Virus record (IMG/VR): IMGVR_UViG_3300032280_000361
Length of the DNA stretch: 64,000 nucleotides
Direction: 5' to 3' (one strand)
Source: a virus
Lineage: Duplodnaviria > Heunggongvirae > Uroviricota > Caudoviricetes
This document shows positions 28,596-39,304 of this stretch, piece by piece. The notes under the pieces are model-generated. The model was given only the letters and a program-made list of their open reading frames with translations, searched no databases and was not told the DNA's origin. How positions within the stretch are numbered: the stretch's first letter is position 1; every line of letters begins with the position of its first letter. The translations under genes were made by a program, and so were the position numbers.

Positions 28596-29516
28596 TTAAT
28601 TTATATTTAATTTTCTTTTCAAATTCTCTTTTAATACATCATATACCTTTCGATGTCCATTTTCATTTGGATGTGAGTTATCAGGTGTTCCCATTGGTCT
28701 ATCCGGTAACAGAAACTCTTTCCAAACAGTTGTATCACTACCACTATAAATCGGTTCTATGAGTATATCAGTTATTTTATTAGCCTCATCTATTTCATCA
28801 ACAAAGAAAAAGTTTTCTTGCCTAAATGATTCATAGAACGCATTTCTTTCATCACTATTTTCAGTTAGAAACTTAATCATTGTTTTACCAAAGAAATTAA
28901 AATCTGAAAATTCATAATTTCTATATTCTAACTTATAACCCATAACCGGTACAGGTATATCAAAAAATAGGTGTTCTACATTATTTGCCTTAAACCATTT
29001 GTGAACTAAGTATAAAAGATATGTGTTTTGCTTATACAACTCCTTCATATAAGAAACCCATTTGTTATGGTCAAAATCTTTTTTATAAGACCAATAAGTT
29101 CTTTCGTAAAAAGGTTTGTAATCTGTCCAATATCCTACCCAATCATCTATTCTTAATATCTCAGGCTTTTCTTTATATTTCTTTTCAAAATCATCTATTG
29201 AAAATGTATTGGTAAACACTTCCTTATAAAATCGATTATCATAAAATGGATTTTGTAGAAGGTCTTTATCAATTTGTCTTTCAAAGTATGTAGTCTGAAA
29301 TAGAACTAATGCGTTCTTAAAAAAATCAATTGGTTTATTGAGTAATACAGTTGCACCTACGATGTTTCCTGCACCACTAATAGATAAGTTTATAAAGGGT
29401 ACACCTAAGTTATCAGCTATTCTTTGCCCGAATATCTTATCCTTATCAGCGTTTAATCCATATCCGATGGAACACCCCCATAATATTACTTTATCTATAA
29501 CTTTTTCCATACCCAC
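28596..29516 (-). CDS. SGNH/GDSL-like protein
   Basis: WGCSIGYG, NLSISGAGN, DNSHPNENGH; same layout as 1722-2558. Confidence 0.6.
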   Translation of the reverse strand: MGMEKVIDKVILWGCSIGYGLNADKDKIFGQRIADNLGVPFINLSISGAGNIVGATVLLNKPIDFFKNALVLFQTTYFERQIDKDLLQNPFYDNRFYKEVFTNTFSIDDFEKKYKEKPEILRIDDWVGYWTDYKPFYERTYWSYKKDFDHNKWVSYMKELYKQNTYLLYLVHKWFKANNVEHLFFDIPVPVMGYKLEYRNYEFSDFNFFGKTMIKFLTENSDERNAFYESFRQENFFFVDEIDEANKITDILIEPIYSGSDTTVWKEFLLPDRPMGTPDNSHPNENGHRKVYDVLKENLKRKLNIN

Positions 29517-30724
29517 ATTGGTTCACAAAATCTTTTACCTCTTGCTTCCTCCGCTTTTGCTAATGCTTCCTCTGTATATCTACCTTCATCTCCTTCGATA
29601 ATAGCACCTGCTCCCGCTGAACCAGGTCTCTTCGCCATTTCCATGCCCAAACATCCTTCGTATTCCGCGCCTAATGATTTGATATAATCATTCATTGGGT
29701 TTGTAATCTCCACATATCCCTTTTCTCTATCGTTTGATTTAGCATATACATCCGCAATATTAACTGCCAAATAACCCCCTTTGCGTAACGTTGGCCATAG
29801 GTTATGAATTACTTTGTGTAGGAAATCTTCATTCCATGCATCGATTGATTTATAACGTACCCAACTCTGAGTATCATCATATGAATATCTTTCTACATTG
29901 AAGTACGGAGGTGATGTAAATACAATATCGAAGTGGTCTGTATAAGGAGAGAAATCAAAATCTTCAGCCGGTGAACAATGGAATTCTGCTCTTTTATCTG
30001 TTTCAAAAAATCCGTTATGTTTTTTATACCATTCCGCCTGTTGATTATAGATTGGATGGTTTTCTTTTCTAGGGTCAATACCTACATAATGTTCTCCATA
30101 TTCTGATGCAAAGAAACCTGCTACTCTATCACCCCATCCTGCTGAGAAATCTAATACATTCTTACACTCTAAGTAATCGTATAATGCTTTAGCTACATTT
30201 GGTTTGAATTGTGCACAAATGTACTTTCTCAATCCTAAACAAGTTCTTAGTGAGTTTCTATCAATCTCATCAAACTTAAGTGTATATAACCCACCCATAA
30301 GTGAAACCATAAACTCTTTTGTTTCCCAAGTTCTTTTTGGACCAGGTGAAACAGTTCCGTCTACACTCCAACGATTTGCTTGTTGGAAATGGTTTGATGC
30401 TTCATTACCTATATTGTTTCTACTAAAGTATTGTTGCTTACCTCTGAATGTTATTGGATATCTACTCTCCGATGCTTTCCTCGGAAACCACTCCCCTTCT
30501 TTAAGTAAGTCTGCCCACCAAGTTCCTTTTAACTTTTTATATGAATCTAATGCATCTTTTTCAGAAATATCAGCATAAGGAATAGGATACTCCATAAGAA
30601 TAGTTGCTAATGTTTCTTTAACATCATCTATAGCAAATGTAGTTTTAATGTAAGTCCAATCTTCTTTTGGTATGTGAAGATACGGCTCCATTCCTTTGTA
30701 TTTATCTAAATAATCTATATACAT
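29495..30724 (-). CDS. DNA amino-methyltransferase (N6-A/N4-C)
   Basis: motif I LDFSAGWGDR, motif IV FTSPPYF; start moved to 30724. Confidence 0.8.
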   Translation of the reverse strand: MYIDYLDKYKGMEPYLHIPKEDWTYIKTTFAIDDVKETLATILMEYPIPYADISEKDALDSYKKLKGTWWADLLKEGEWFPRKASESRYPITFRGKQQYFSRNNIGNEASNHFQQANRWSVDGTVSPGPKRTWETKEFMVSLMGGLYTLKFDEIDRNSLRTCLGLRKYICAQFKPNVAKALYDYLECKNVLDFSAGWGDRVAGFFASEYGEHYVGIDPRKENHPIYNQQAEWYKKHNGFFETDKRAEFHCSPAEDFDFSPYTDHFDIVFTSPPYFNVERYSYDDTQSWVRYKSIDAWNEDFLHKVIHNLWPTLRKGGYLAVNIADVYAKSNDREKGYVEITNPMNDYIKSLGAEYEGCLGMEMAKRPGSAGAGAIIEGDEGRYTEEALAKAEEARGKRFCEPMWVWKKL

Positions 30725-30735
30725 AATTTTTATTT

Positions 30736-31503
30736 TTAAGCTCCTACATTCCAAAATAATGAATCTGGAGAAGCCAATTCTTTAATATGTTTCCATGCTT
30801 TACTATCATACGTTAATGAAGATGGAAATGGAGGTCTTTCTTCTATAGGGCAATCTTTATGAAAAGGCATTCTTTTTGGTATTGTTATGGCTCTACCCAT
30901 TTCTTCTGTAGTTGTACCATGCCCAATTTGAACACCATATACTTTTGCATCGGGCCAAGCCATTTGCAATCCTCTACTCAATACCCCACTACTCATCACA
31001 CTCCAAACTTCTTTTGGTTCTATTAATAATCCTTTAGCAAAGTTTGCAATAGTCTGAACTATAATTGGATGGTCTAATCCAAATGGTAAACACATAGTTT
31101 TATCCCACCCTAATCCTTGCCTATCTCTAGCTCTTTTATTTATAACCGTCAACATTCCCATAGGAACTTGATTAATTTCAGCACCTAATGCTTCAGATTG
31201 TTTTGTTAATTCAGTTTTTTCATCACTATCAGGAACATAGATAATTGCTTTCTTTCCCAAATCTTTACACACATATGCGAGAGCAAGTTGTGCATATCCT
31301 TGTCTAGGTGAAGCATATACCCAATTTTCTATTTCAGGAAATCTCAAAACATAATTATAAGCTGCTCTTCTTTTAGTTCCACCTGGTAATAAATCTTCTC
31401 TAACTACATTTATACCTTCTATGTTTTCAATTACAATAGATGGTAAGTTAATTTCAGTATCTAACTGCTTATAATCAAAATCAAAAAAATCAAATTGTTT
31501 CAT
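30736..31503 (-). CDS. PLP-dependent enzyme, fold type II
   Basis: VREDLLPGGTKRR (PLP lysine), SSG phosphate loop, YDSKAW, FWNVG. Confidence 0.75.
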   Translation of the reverse strand: MKQFDFFDFDYKQLDTEINLPSIVIENIEGINVVREDLLPGGTKRRAAYNYVLRFPEIENWVYASPRQGYAQLALAYVCKDLGKKAIIYVPDSDEKTELTKQSEALGAEINQVPMGMLTVINKRARDRQGLGWDKTMCLPFGLDHPIIVQTIANFAKGLLIEPKEVWSVMSSGVLSRGLQMAWPDAKVYGVQIGHGTTTEEMGRAITIPKRMPFHKDCPIEERPPFPSSLTYDSKAWKHIKELASPDSLFWNVGA

Positions 31504-31774
31504 TTAGTGCTTCTTTTTTTTTGAAATATTTTAGTATTATAATTTTACCAAACGAACCTGATAATAAAAACAATATAATCGTTAACCAATCACCCTTAAG
31601 AAAACTATCTACAGACCAAGCAGTTGATGCTATCCAAAATAGTGTTTGTATATTAAATAGTATTACGGATTTTGTTATATTATTTTCAACAACCCATTTG
31701 ATTTCTAATACTTTAAAAACTGCTAAAGCTATTTGAGAAAAAATTACAAATCCGTAAACTATATATGGATGCAT
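31490..31774 (-). CDS. small three-TM membrane protein
   Basis: three hydrophobic segments. Confidence 0.6.
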   Translation of the reverse strand: MHPYIVYGFVIFSQIALAVFKVLEIKWVVENNITKSVILFNIQTLFWIASTAWSVDSFLKGDWLTIILFLLSGSFGKIIILKYFKKKEALNETI

Positions 31775-32721
31775 TATTTAGATAAAATTTGTAATACAGT
31801 AATTATACCTGCCATAAATTGTATTTCCTTATCAACTACCAACGCATCTTTTGAGGTTGCTTCAGCTAATGCCTGGATTACAGGAGCCGTATTACCTTTT
31901 GCATAATCATCCAATTTATCATATAGATAAGAATATGTATCAGTAAAATCAGTTACTCTATTATCAGCAACTAATTGTCTAACATTCATAAACTTATTTC
32001 TAAGTTCATCCTTTGATTTAAGTATCTCCACTAATTTAATACGGAAATCCGAATCTACAATTGTAGCACTATCAGTTTTTAATACACCCCCTACACAAGC
32101 TAATTGACAAGTGTTGATAATTTTTCTAATATCAGGATAATAACCATCTACTATAGGAACTAAATCAGCTGGATTAAATTGAATATCCTCTTTCTTTAAT
32201 ATGTTTGCAATCTGAATTGCTACATCTTTTTTAGTTGGAGGTGTAATTGCAAATGATTGACATCTACTTTGGATAGGTAAAATGATTTTTTCAATATAGT
32301 TACAGGTTAAAATAAATCTACAATGTCTGCTAAATGTTTCCATTAAGTTTCTTAACAATGCCTGTGCGTTTGGAGTCATATAATCAAACTCATCCAATAT
32401 AACAATCTTATATTTTTTGAAACCAACTCCACTTGCAAAGTTTTTAACTTTATTTCTAACCGTATCAACATTATTTTCATCTGATGCATTGATAATCATA
32501 ACATCAGATTCTATGTTTTTTACAATTAATTTAGCTAAAGTAGTCTTACCTGTTCCCGCTTTACCAAAAAACAAAAGGTGAGGGATATCACCACTTTCGA
32601 TATATCCCTTTACCTTTGCTTTAAGATTTTCATTACCTACATAATCATCTAACTGTGTAGGTCTATATTTCTCAACCCAAAGTGAATGAACTTGTTCTTC
32701 GTTTTGTTCAAAAAAACTCAT
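31774..32721 (-). CDS. clamp loader large subunit (gp44/RFC-like)
   Basis: WVEKYRP, GKAGTGKTT, NASDE, ILDEFD, QSRC motifs. Confidence 0.95.
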   Translation of the reverse strand: MSFFEQNEEQVHSLWVEKYRPTQLDDYVGNENLKAKVKGYIESGDIPHLLFFGKAGTGKTTLAKLIVKNIESDVMIINASDENNVDTVRNKVKNFASGVGFKKYKIVILDEFDYMTPNAQALLRNLMETFSRHCRFILTCNYIEKIILPIQSRCQSFAITPPTKKDVAIQIANILKKEDIQFNPADLVPIVDGYYPDIRKIINTCQLACVGGVLKTDSATIVDSDFRIKLVEILKSKDELRNKFMNVRQLVADNRVTDFTDTYSYLYDKLDDYAKGNTAPVIQALAEATSKDALVVDKEIQFMAGIITVLQILSK

Positions 32722-32739
32722 ACTTTGTTTGGATTAAGA

Positions 32740-33456
32740 TTAAGATAATTGTACTTCTACTAAATAATATGATGATGTAAACCCATCTACTGCAAATTCA
32801 ACATGAGATAATCCATCTTTAGATACCGCCAAAGTAGCTTTATTTGCTTCTTTATTAGCAGAAAGAATTTCTTTAAAGTATTTTGCAGAGAATGAAATTG
32901 GTTTAACTTCTCCATCATAATTATCATTTACTACTAACTCAACTCTATTGGTGTTGATATTAGAATATCCGATAACAATTTTTAATTTACCTTTTTCTGT
33001 TAATACAGTGAAGTTATCAATATCACTCAATGCGGATTTTGCTTTAATGAATTTTTCAATAAAGTTTGAATCCATATCAATTATGATATTGAAATCAGGT
33101 AATTGTTTTAATTCAGGTACATTTGGGATTACTGCTAAATCCGCTAATTGATACTGAACCGCTGTAGAATCAGATGTTAATGAAAGAGAAATTGGTTTTT
33201 CATCAATTTTCTTTAATGTTAAATTAACATCATTTCCTAAAACGTTTAATAAACTTTTTAAGGTGTTGGTGTTGTAAACACCAATGCTAGAATCTTCAAA
33301 TTCAAATTCATTTAGAGTAACTAATCCCAAAACAGTTTTATCATCTGAAATAAATCTCGTGCTTAATGTTTTGTTTTCTGAATTCCATTGTACTGATTCT
33401 ACTAATCCCGCTAAATTATATTTTGAAATAAAGCGGCTCAATCGATTTTTGTCCAT
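32740..33456 (-). CDS. sliding clamp (gp45/PCNA-like)
   Basis: size, beta-rich pattern, position between polymerase and clamp loader. Confidence 0.7.
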   Translation of the reverse strand: MDKNRLSRFISKYNLAGLVESVQWNSENKTLSTRFISDDKTVLGLVTLNEFEFEDSSIGVYNTNTLKSLLNVLGNDVNLTLKKIDEKPISLSLTSDSTAVQYQLADLAVIPNVPELKQLPDFNIIIDMDSNFIEKFIKAKSALSDIDNFTVLTEKGKLKIVIGYSNINTNRVELVVNDNYDGEVKPISFSAKYFKEILSANKEANKATLAVSKDGLSHVEFAVDGFTSSYYLVEVQLS

Positions 33457-33493
33457 AATACTTGTTATTTGTTTTAAATTGTTTTATATATTG

Positions 33494-33525
33494 TAAAGAT
33501 ACGAATTTTATTGTTAATTACCAAA
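33494..33525 (-). promoter_or_regulatory. Bacteroidota-type promoter variant
   Basis: TTTG-N20-TATCTTTA. Confidence 0.55.
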
Positions 33526-36060
33526 TTAAAATGAGAAAAATTTGTCGGATTTGGTTAATTTTAGTTGCAAAGTACCCCATCCTAAAGCTTTATAAAAATC
33601 ATCTAATTTATTCTGCATTTCATGCTCAAAAATCTTATCATAATCTATGTAATTTTTGATGAAAGTTTCTATTACATCCGGGTCATCTGCTCCCTTAAAT
33701 GCGATGGTTTCTAATCCTAATGGGTTTTGCTTAAGATATACCCACTTCATTTTATCACCATTTCTCATAGGTGAATATTTGAAACCGCAATTAAAGTGTT
33801 TCAATAACTGATTATAAGTCCATGCTGCTTTAACGTGCGCAGGAGTTCCTTTAAGAAATTGGAACATAGCTCCTTTTTCAGGAGTATATTTTGATAATTC
33901 TTTTACTGAACTACTTTTTGCAATATTGTATGGTTTAACTAAAGGTAATGAAGATTTGAATGTTAAAATTCTTTCAGTTATAACATCTTTACCATCTCCT
34001 TTTAGGATATCAATAAGAGTTTGTTTCATAAAAACTTTGAAAGATTGTGGAAATGAAGAACGAACTACATCCAATCCCTTTACTTGCAATTGGTCACATT
34101 TAATACCATTTTCTGCAATAATCCATTGTGCATATCTCTTCTTTGCTACCCAAAATCCAGCTTTAGATACAAACTCTTTTTTAATCTGTAATTTATGTAC
34201 ATCAATATTAAACGCCTTTGAAGCCAACATATCATAAAAATTATTTAAGAAATTTTGGCTTTCTCCTGCAATAGCATCTACTTTTAAAGCGATTTCATCA
34301 TCAGTTTCATTTTTCCAATTTGGAAATCTATGGTCTAGTAAAGGAACTGATGAAAAGAATACTGAATCCGTATCGATGTATATGTTATAATCTACATCGG
34401 ATGTTCCTAATTCTTTATTATATTTAATATTTAACATATTAGCAGTATTCTTAATTACAGTTTGACCTGTTGTGGTCACCGCTTCTGCGTTATCAATATC
34501 ATAGAACCTAAACGAAGGTAATCCTAACACACCATATAATGAATTCAATAAGATTTTTTGAACTAATTGTCTTTTAGCATAGAAAGCATATTGTTCTGCA
34601 TCACCAGCTTCCCCATATTTTTTTTCTAACTTACGATACTCAACTCTTTTCTGAAACCACTCTTCCAAAATTGCAGGAATACATCCTACTTTATCAGTTC
34701 TATATACTACCCCATTTGAAGATACGGAATAATTGTTATCTTTTATAAATTGTTGAAATTTATCTCTTTGAACAGTTTTACCCATAATGGTATAACTTTC
34801 ATCTAATCCTTTAATATACCTTTCTATATCCCAATCCTCTACTTTAGCCATTTTAGTTTCAGGAGAAATATTCAAACTCATAATGATTGATGGATATAGA
34901 GATGTTAAATCCAAATCATAAATCCAATCATGTTTACCAACAATAGGGTCTTTAACATATGCTCCGATAAATTTTTCATCTTTTGCACCTTCATCAATAC
35001 CTCCACTTTCTCGCATCGAATCCAACATTCTATCGGAATCTTCTTTTTTTAATTTATTCGATGCCACTAATCCTCTTTGTCTAAGAAAACATAAAAGTGC
35101 ACCTTCCATAATTCTACCCGCAAAAATAAAATCATCATATGCGATGTGTCCGGCGTGGCAGATACCTCTTACTAATTCTATAAATTGTAGCTTCTTATCC
35201 ATATCTACAATCAACCGAACATCTTCTAAGTTATACTCAATAAATTTTTCAATATCATTTTTAAATAATTCATCTAAGTTACCGGTATATTCAACCTTAC
35301 CCCTACCTAATTCTATTCTAGCAACGGTATCTAATCTATAGTTATCTAATTCTTTGTAGTTATATTTTTGATATAATGTAAGATAATCTAATGCAGAAAC
35401 TCCTCCTATAAACCATCTTTTACGATATGGTGAAAAGAAGGTTTCTCTAATTGGCGATAATCGTTTTGCCTGTCTATCCCCTAATACATTTTTTAAACGA
35501 TTATAGAGATAAGGAATATCAAAGAAATCGATATTCCATCCTGTTAAAATAGTTGGAGCAATTGATTCATATATGTTAAGAAATTTAGATAACAAATTTG
35601 CTTCATTATCAAATGGAAGAATTTCTCTATTATCAGATTTTGAATGTGTTAATGCTCTATCTTTATCTAAAATTAATACATGATAAAAATCAGATACGGA
35701 ATCATGCATAGCAATAGAAGTAATTTCATTGGTTGCCTTTTCTGTATCGGGCATGCCACTAATCATTTCTACCTCAATATCAAATGTTAATATTGTATGG
35801 CCTTTAGATGGTATATCTGAATCAGTATATAAATCCACCAACATACGTGTTACCTCTGGAACATCGGTTTCTAATAATCCCTCATCTTCTTTGGAATATT
35901 TAAATACCTTAGTTAATCTTTCTCCATAAATACTTTCCCATTCGCCATTTATATCCGGTCTAAAGGCATATCTACTATATGGAACGGTAAAATATCCTTT
36001 TACATCATCCCAAATGTGGACAGTGTTTGTGTTTCGTTGGTAATATATGTTTTGGTACAA
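33526..36060 (-). CDS. family B DNA polymerase (T4 gp43-like)
   Basis: FDIEV, GWNIDFFDIPY, YNLED, DLTSLYPSII, KILLNSLYG, YIDTDS, KKRY. Confidence 0.97.
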   Translation of the reverse strand: MYQNIYYQRNTNTVHIWDDVKGYFTVPYSRYAFRPDINGEWESIYGERLTKVFKYSKEDEGLLETDVPEVTRMLVDLYTDSDIPSKGHTILTFDIEVEMISGMPDTEKATNEITSIAMHDSVSDFYHVLILDKDRALTHSKSDNREILPFDNEANLLSKFLNIYESIAPTILTGWNIDFFDIPYLYNRLKNVLGDRQAKRLSPIRETFFSPYRKRWFIGGVSALDYLTLYQKYNYKELDNYRLDTVARIELGRGKVEYTGNLDELFKNDIEKFIEYNLEDVRLIVDMDKKLQFIELVRGICHAGHIAYDDFIFAGRIMEGALLCFLRQRGLVASNKLKKEDSDRMLDSMRESGGIDEGAKDEKFIGAYVKDPIVGKHDWIYDLDLTSLYPSIIMSLNISPETKMAKVEDWDIERYIKGLDESYTIMGKTVQRDKFQQFIKDNNYSVSSNGVVYRTDKVGCIPAILEEWFQKRVEYRKLEKKYGEAGDAEQYAFYAKRQLVQKILLNSLYGVLGLPSFRFYDIDNAEAVTTTGQTVIKNTANMLNIKYNKELGTSDVDYNIYIDTDSVFFSSVPLLDHRFPNWKNETDDEIALKVDAIAGESQNFLNNFYDMLASKAFNIDVHKLQIKKEFVSKAGFWVAKKRYAQWIIAENGIKCDQLQVKGLDVVRSSFPQSFKVFMKQTLIDILKGDGKDVITERILTFKSSLPLVKPYNIAKSSSVKELSKYTPEKGAMFQFLKGTPAHVKAAWTYNQLLKHFNCGFKYSPMRNGDKMKWVYLKQNPLGLETIAFKGADDPDVIETFIKNYIDYDKIFEHEMQNKLDDFYKALGWGTLQLKLTKSDKFFSF

Positions 36061-36063
36061 ATT

Positions 36064-37173
36064 TTATTGGTTTAGTTGTAAATGTAATTCATCAATCATC
36101 TTGTCATCATTAGTGGATAACACTTTAGCTCTTTCAATACTTCTTAATTCATGTTCTCTTCTGTAGTTATCATCATTTAACATACAATCCAATAAATCAA
36201 AGAAATCTTTTTTATATTTCCAAAATATTCCGTTATCATCTATTTCTTTATAACATCCGGATTCTTGAAATATCATAGGTGTTCCATTCATCATACAATC
36301 TGTAGCGGCTACACTCCAACCATAATGAGTTTGTCTCATTTGTACACCAACCTTACATATTTGTAATTTTTTATAATATTCTTCTTTATCGCATTTTATT
36401 GTATCTATCCAGGGTTCTTCAGCAACTTCGTTTAATTGAGGTAACCATACTTTAAAATCCTGTCTTCGTTCTCTGTATTCTCGCATTAATTCCATAAACT
36501 TTGGAAACCCTTTATTTGCAATACATCTATGATTGAATACAATAATATTTTCTTTTTTATCAGAGGGGATTTCTATAATTTTGTTTTTATCAACACCCAA
36601 ATTCCAAACCACTAATTTTTGCCTAAGAATATCAATTACATCAGTACTAAACCATTCTTTTGCTTCTTCAATAATTTTATCTTTTTGTTCCTGAGTATTT
36701 AGGTAGCAAACTTTCATTCGTGTAACTTGATATAAAGATACAACTAAGTTTCTAAAATTAGCCAATCTATCCTCCGCATTACAACTTCTCATTTCAAACC
36801 AATGAGAATATCCAATTATTTCTTTTTGCGTAAATCTAGCGACCTGAAACCAATCTGGCATATGAGAATATACCACATCATAATCCAACTCCTTTAATAG
36901 TCTAATTATTTCTTTTGGAAACAAAACTCTCATAGAAAGAATATTTCCACTAATATCTACAGTGTGTTGGGTTACATTTGGAAAATTTAATCTTCCTAAA
37001 GGTTTAGGTAAAATTAAATGAAAGTAGTAATTCCCTCTTTGGTTTAGAGAATTAATATGATTATATATAACGTCTACGAAAGAATCTTTTTCGAGATTCT
37101 TAAGGTTAGTTATGTTAGGTATAATCAATACCTTCCGTGCAGACTGAAAGTCTGGTATATTAAAGAAATTCAT
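36064..37173 (-). CDS. GT-B glycosyltransferase next to the DNA polymerase
   Basis: VFNHR..NKG, GWSVAATDCMMNGTP; start moved to 37173. Confidence 0.7.
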   Translation of the reverse strand: MNFFNIPDFQSARKVLIIPNITNLKNLEKDSFVDVIYNHINSLNQRGNYYFHLILPKPLGRLNFPNVTQHTVDISGNILSMRVLFPKEIIRLLKELDYDVVYSHMPDWFQVARFTQKEIIGYSHWFEMRSCNAEDRLANFRNLVVSLYQVTRMKVCYLNTQEQKDKIIEEAKEWFSTDVIDILRQKLVVWNLGVDKNKIIEIPSDKKENIIVFNHRCIANKGFPKFMELMREYRERRQDFKVWLPQLNEVAEEPWIDTIKCDKEEYYKKLQICKVGVQMRQTHYGWSVAATDCMMNGTPMIFQESGCYKEIDDNGIFWKYKKDFFDLLDCMLNDDNYRREHELRSIERAKVLSTNDDKMIDELHLQLNQ

Positions 37174-37195
37174 AATTCGTAACTTATTTATAATA

Positions 37196-37227
37196 CAAAG
37201 ATACAAAAAATCTTTGATATTAACAAA
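37196..37227 (-). promoter_or_regulatory. Bacteroidota-type sigma70 promoter
   Basis: TTTG-N20-TATCTTTG. Confidence 0.75.
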
Positions 37228-37228
37228 T

Positions 37229-37492
37229 CTATTTTAAAGATTCATTGATAGCATTTACATATGCTAGCTTTGATTGCATACCTAAGAATCTATCTACTTC
37301 TACACCATCTCTTTCAATGATTACAGTTGGTACTGAACGAATTCCATACTTACTAGATTCATCATATGCTTCATCTACATCATATTCTTCAAATTTAACA
37401 TTTGAAAATTGACCTTTAATTTCGTTCATTACTGGAGCTAATGCTCTACACGGTCCACACCATGCTGCTGAAAATTTCTTAACCGTTATCAT
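37229..37492 (-). CDS. trxA: thioredoxin
   Basis: WCGPC active site. Confidence 0.95.
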   Translation of the reverse strand: MITVKKFSAAWCGPCRALAPVMNEIKGQFSNVKFEEYDVDEAYDESSKYGIRSVPTVIIERDGVEVDRFLGMQSKLAYVNAINESLK

Positions 37493-37513
37493 ATCTTTTC
37501 TTTTATTTAAATA

Positions 37514-39295
37514 TTATCCTTCACAACTTACACATTCTGGGTCCATTGCTTTTGCCGCAATATCTCCTCTTAATACCGATTCAGTTCTCATATAGTAAAG
37601 TGTTTTTACACCCTGCTTCCATGCTTCTAAGTGAACTTGATTAATCCACTTTGGTTCTGCTATTGCAGGAAACGCTAAGTTTAGAGAAACTGCCTGGTCA
37701 ATGTATTGTTGTCTAATACCCGCTTGTCTTACTAAATCTAATTGATTAATTTCTTTGAATGTTTTAAATACATCCTTAACTGAGTTACATTTACCTTTAT
37801 GAGATTCTTCAGTTACCTCACTACATTCAACTAACTTACCATCTAAAAAACACCACTCATCTAAGAAATCTAATCCTAATACAGAACCACCATCTTCTAA
37901 AATTTTATCCCACGTTTCTTTTGTATCAAATCCAATTTTTTTCAATACTCTTCTCAATTCAGGATTTTTTCTGATGAAAGTTCCTTTTGATGTTTGTTCG
38001 GTAAATACGTTAGCTGCCCAAGGTTCAATACCACTACTTACGTTACCACTCAACTTAGAGTTTGATACCGTAGGTGCTACTGCTCTTAGGTGAGTATTTC
38101 TGAATCCACTTTCTTTACACCACAGTGGTTCACCATATTCGTTTGCCAAATCTCTACTTGCTCTTTCAGATTCAATTTTAATTCCAGAGAAAATTTTACG
38201 AGTTTCAAATTGTGCTTGCAATCCTTCAAATGGTAATCCTTTTTGTTGTAAATAAGTGTGCCATCCTAATACACCCAATCCTAATGCTCTACCTCTTTCA
38301 GCTGAACGAACTGAATTCTCAAATCCTTTCATATTCTTAGCTCTTTGCAAGAATTCTTCTAATACACCATCTAAGAAAATAGTAGATGTATAAACTAAAT
38401 CAGTATCTTTCCACTCATCATATTTTGCCAAATTCAAAGAACTTAAACAACAAACGAATGAATGTTGCTCATCAGTATGTAAAACGATTTCAGAGCAGAT
38501 GTTAGTCATATGTACTTTCAATCCGTTCTTTTTATACATTTCAGGATTTGCTTTGTTTACATTACCCTTATACATAATATATGGTTCACCGGTTGCTTTA
38601 CGTTTCTGAAGTAACTTACCCCACTTTCTACGAGCTTCCGAATCTCCCTCTTCAACCTTCTTCATAAATCTATCACTAACTACAACACATTGATGTAAGT
38701 TTAATGATTGACGGTTTACATCACCTTTAGGTTCTCTAATCTCTAAGAAATCTTCAAAGTCTTTATGTTCAATTTTAATGTTCACCGATGCTGCTCCTCT
38801 ACGAACACTTCCTTGATTGGTTGCTAGTATGGTAGAATCGTATATCTTTGCAAATGGTACAATACCATCGGATGTTCCGTTGCCGGTAATTTTAGAACCC
38901 GCAGGTCGTATCATATTGATTCCAATACCAACTCCACCTCCGTGCTTTGCTAATACCATCAATTCTAAGTTCTTAGAACCAATTTCAAAAATACTATCAC
39001 CCACATCAATACCGAAACAAGAGATTGGTAAACCTCTATCCGTACCTGTGTTTGATAATACTGGCGTTGCTAAACATAACCAACCTTTCCAAATGTAATC
39101 AAAGAATTTTGTTGCCAATTGTGGTTTATCCAATCTCTTAGCAACTGCAGTAGCAACTCTCCAATATGCATCTTTTGGTTTTTCTCCTGCTTGCAAATAT
39201 GTTTTGGATATAGTTTTTACATATATCTCATTGTTTCCCCAAGAAGGAAAATCGACATCAACTTCCCAACCGTATTCTTCTCCGTAATTTTTCAT
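37514..39295 (-). CDS. nrdA: class I ribonucleotide reductase alpha subunit (no ATP cone)
   Basis: ATPVLSN, ISCF, TNICSEI, APTVSNS, KTLYY, C-terminal CxxC. Confidence 0.95.
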   Translation of the reverse strand: MKNYGEEYGWEVDVDFPSWGNNEIYVKTISKTYLQAGEKPKDAYWRVATAVAKRLDKPQLATKFFDYIWKGWLCLATPVLSNTGTDRGLPISCFGIDVGDSIFEIGSKNLELMVLAKHGGGVGIGINMIRPAGSKITGNGTSDGIVPFAKIYDSTILATNQGSVRRGAASVNIKIEHKDFEDFLEIREPKGDVNRQSLNLHQCVVVSDRFMKKVEEGDSEARRKWGKLLQKRKATGEPYIMYKGNVNKANPEMYKKNGLKVHMTNICSEIVLHTDEQHSFVCCLSSLNLAKYDEWKDTDLVYTSTIFLDGVLEEFLQRAKNMKGFENSVRSAERGRALGLGVLGWHTYLQQKGLPFEGLQAQFETRKIFSGIKIESERASRDLANEYGEPLWCKESGFRNTHLRAVAPTVSNSKLSGNVSSGIEPWAANVFTEQTSKGTFIRKNPELRRVLKKIGFDTKETWDKILEDGGSVLGLDFLDEWCFLDGKLVECSEVTEESHKGKCNSVKDVFKTFKEINQLDLVRQAGIRQQYIDQAVSLNLAFPAIAEPKWINQVHLEAWKQGVKTLYYMRTESVLRGDIAAKAMDPECVSCEG

Positions 39296-39304
39296 AAACT
39301 TTTT

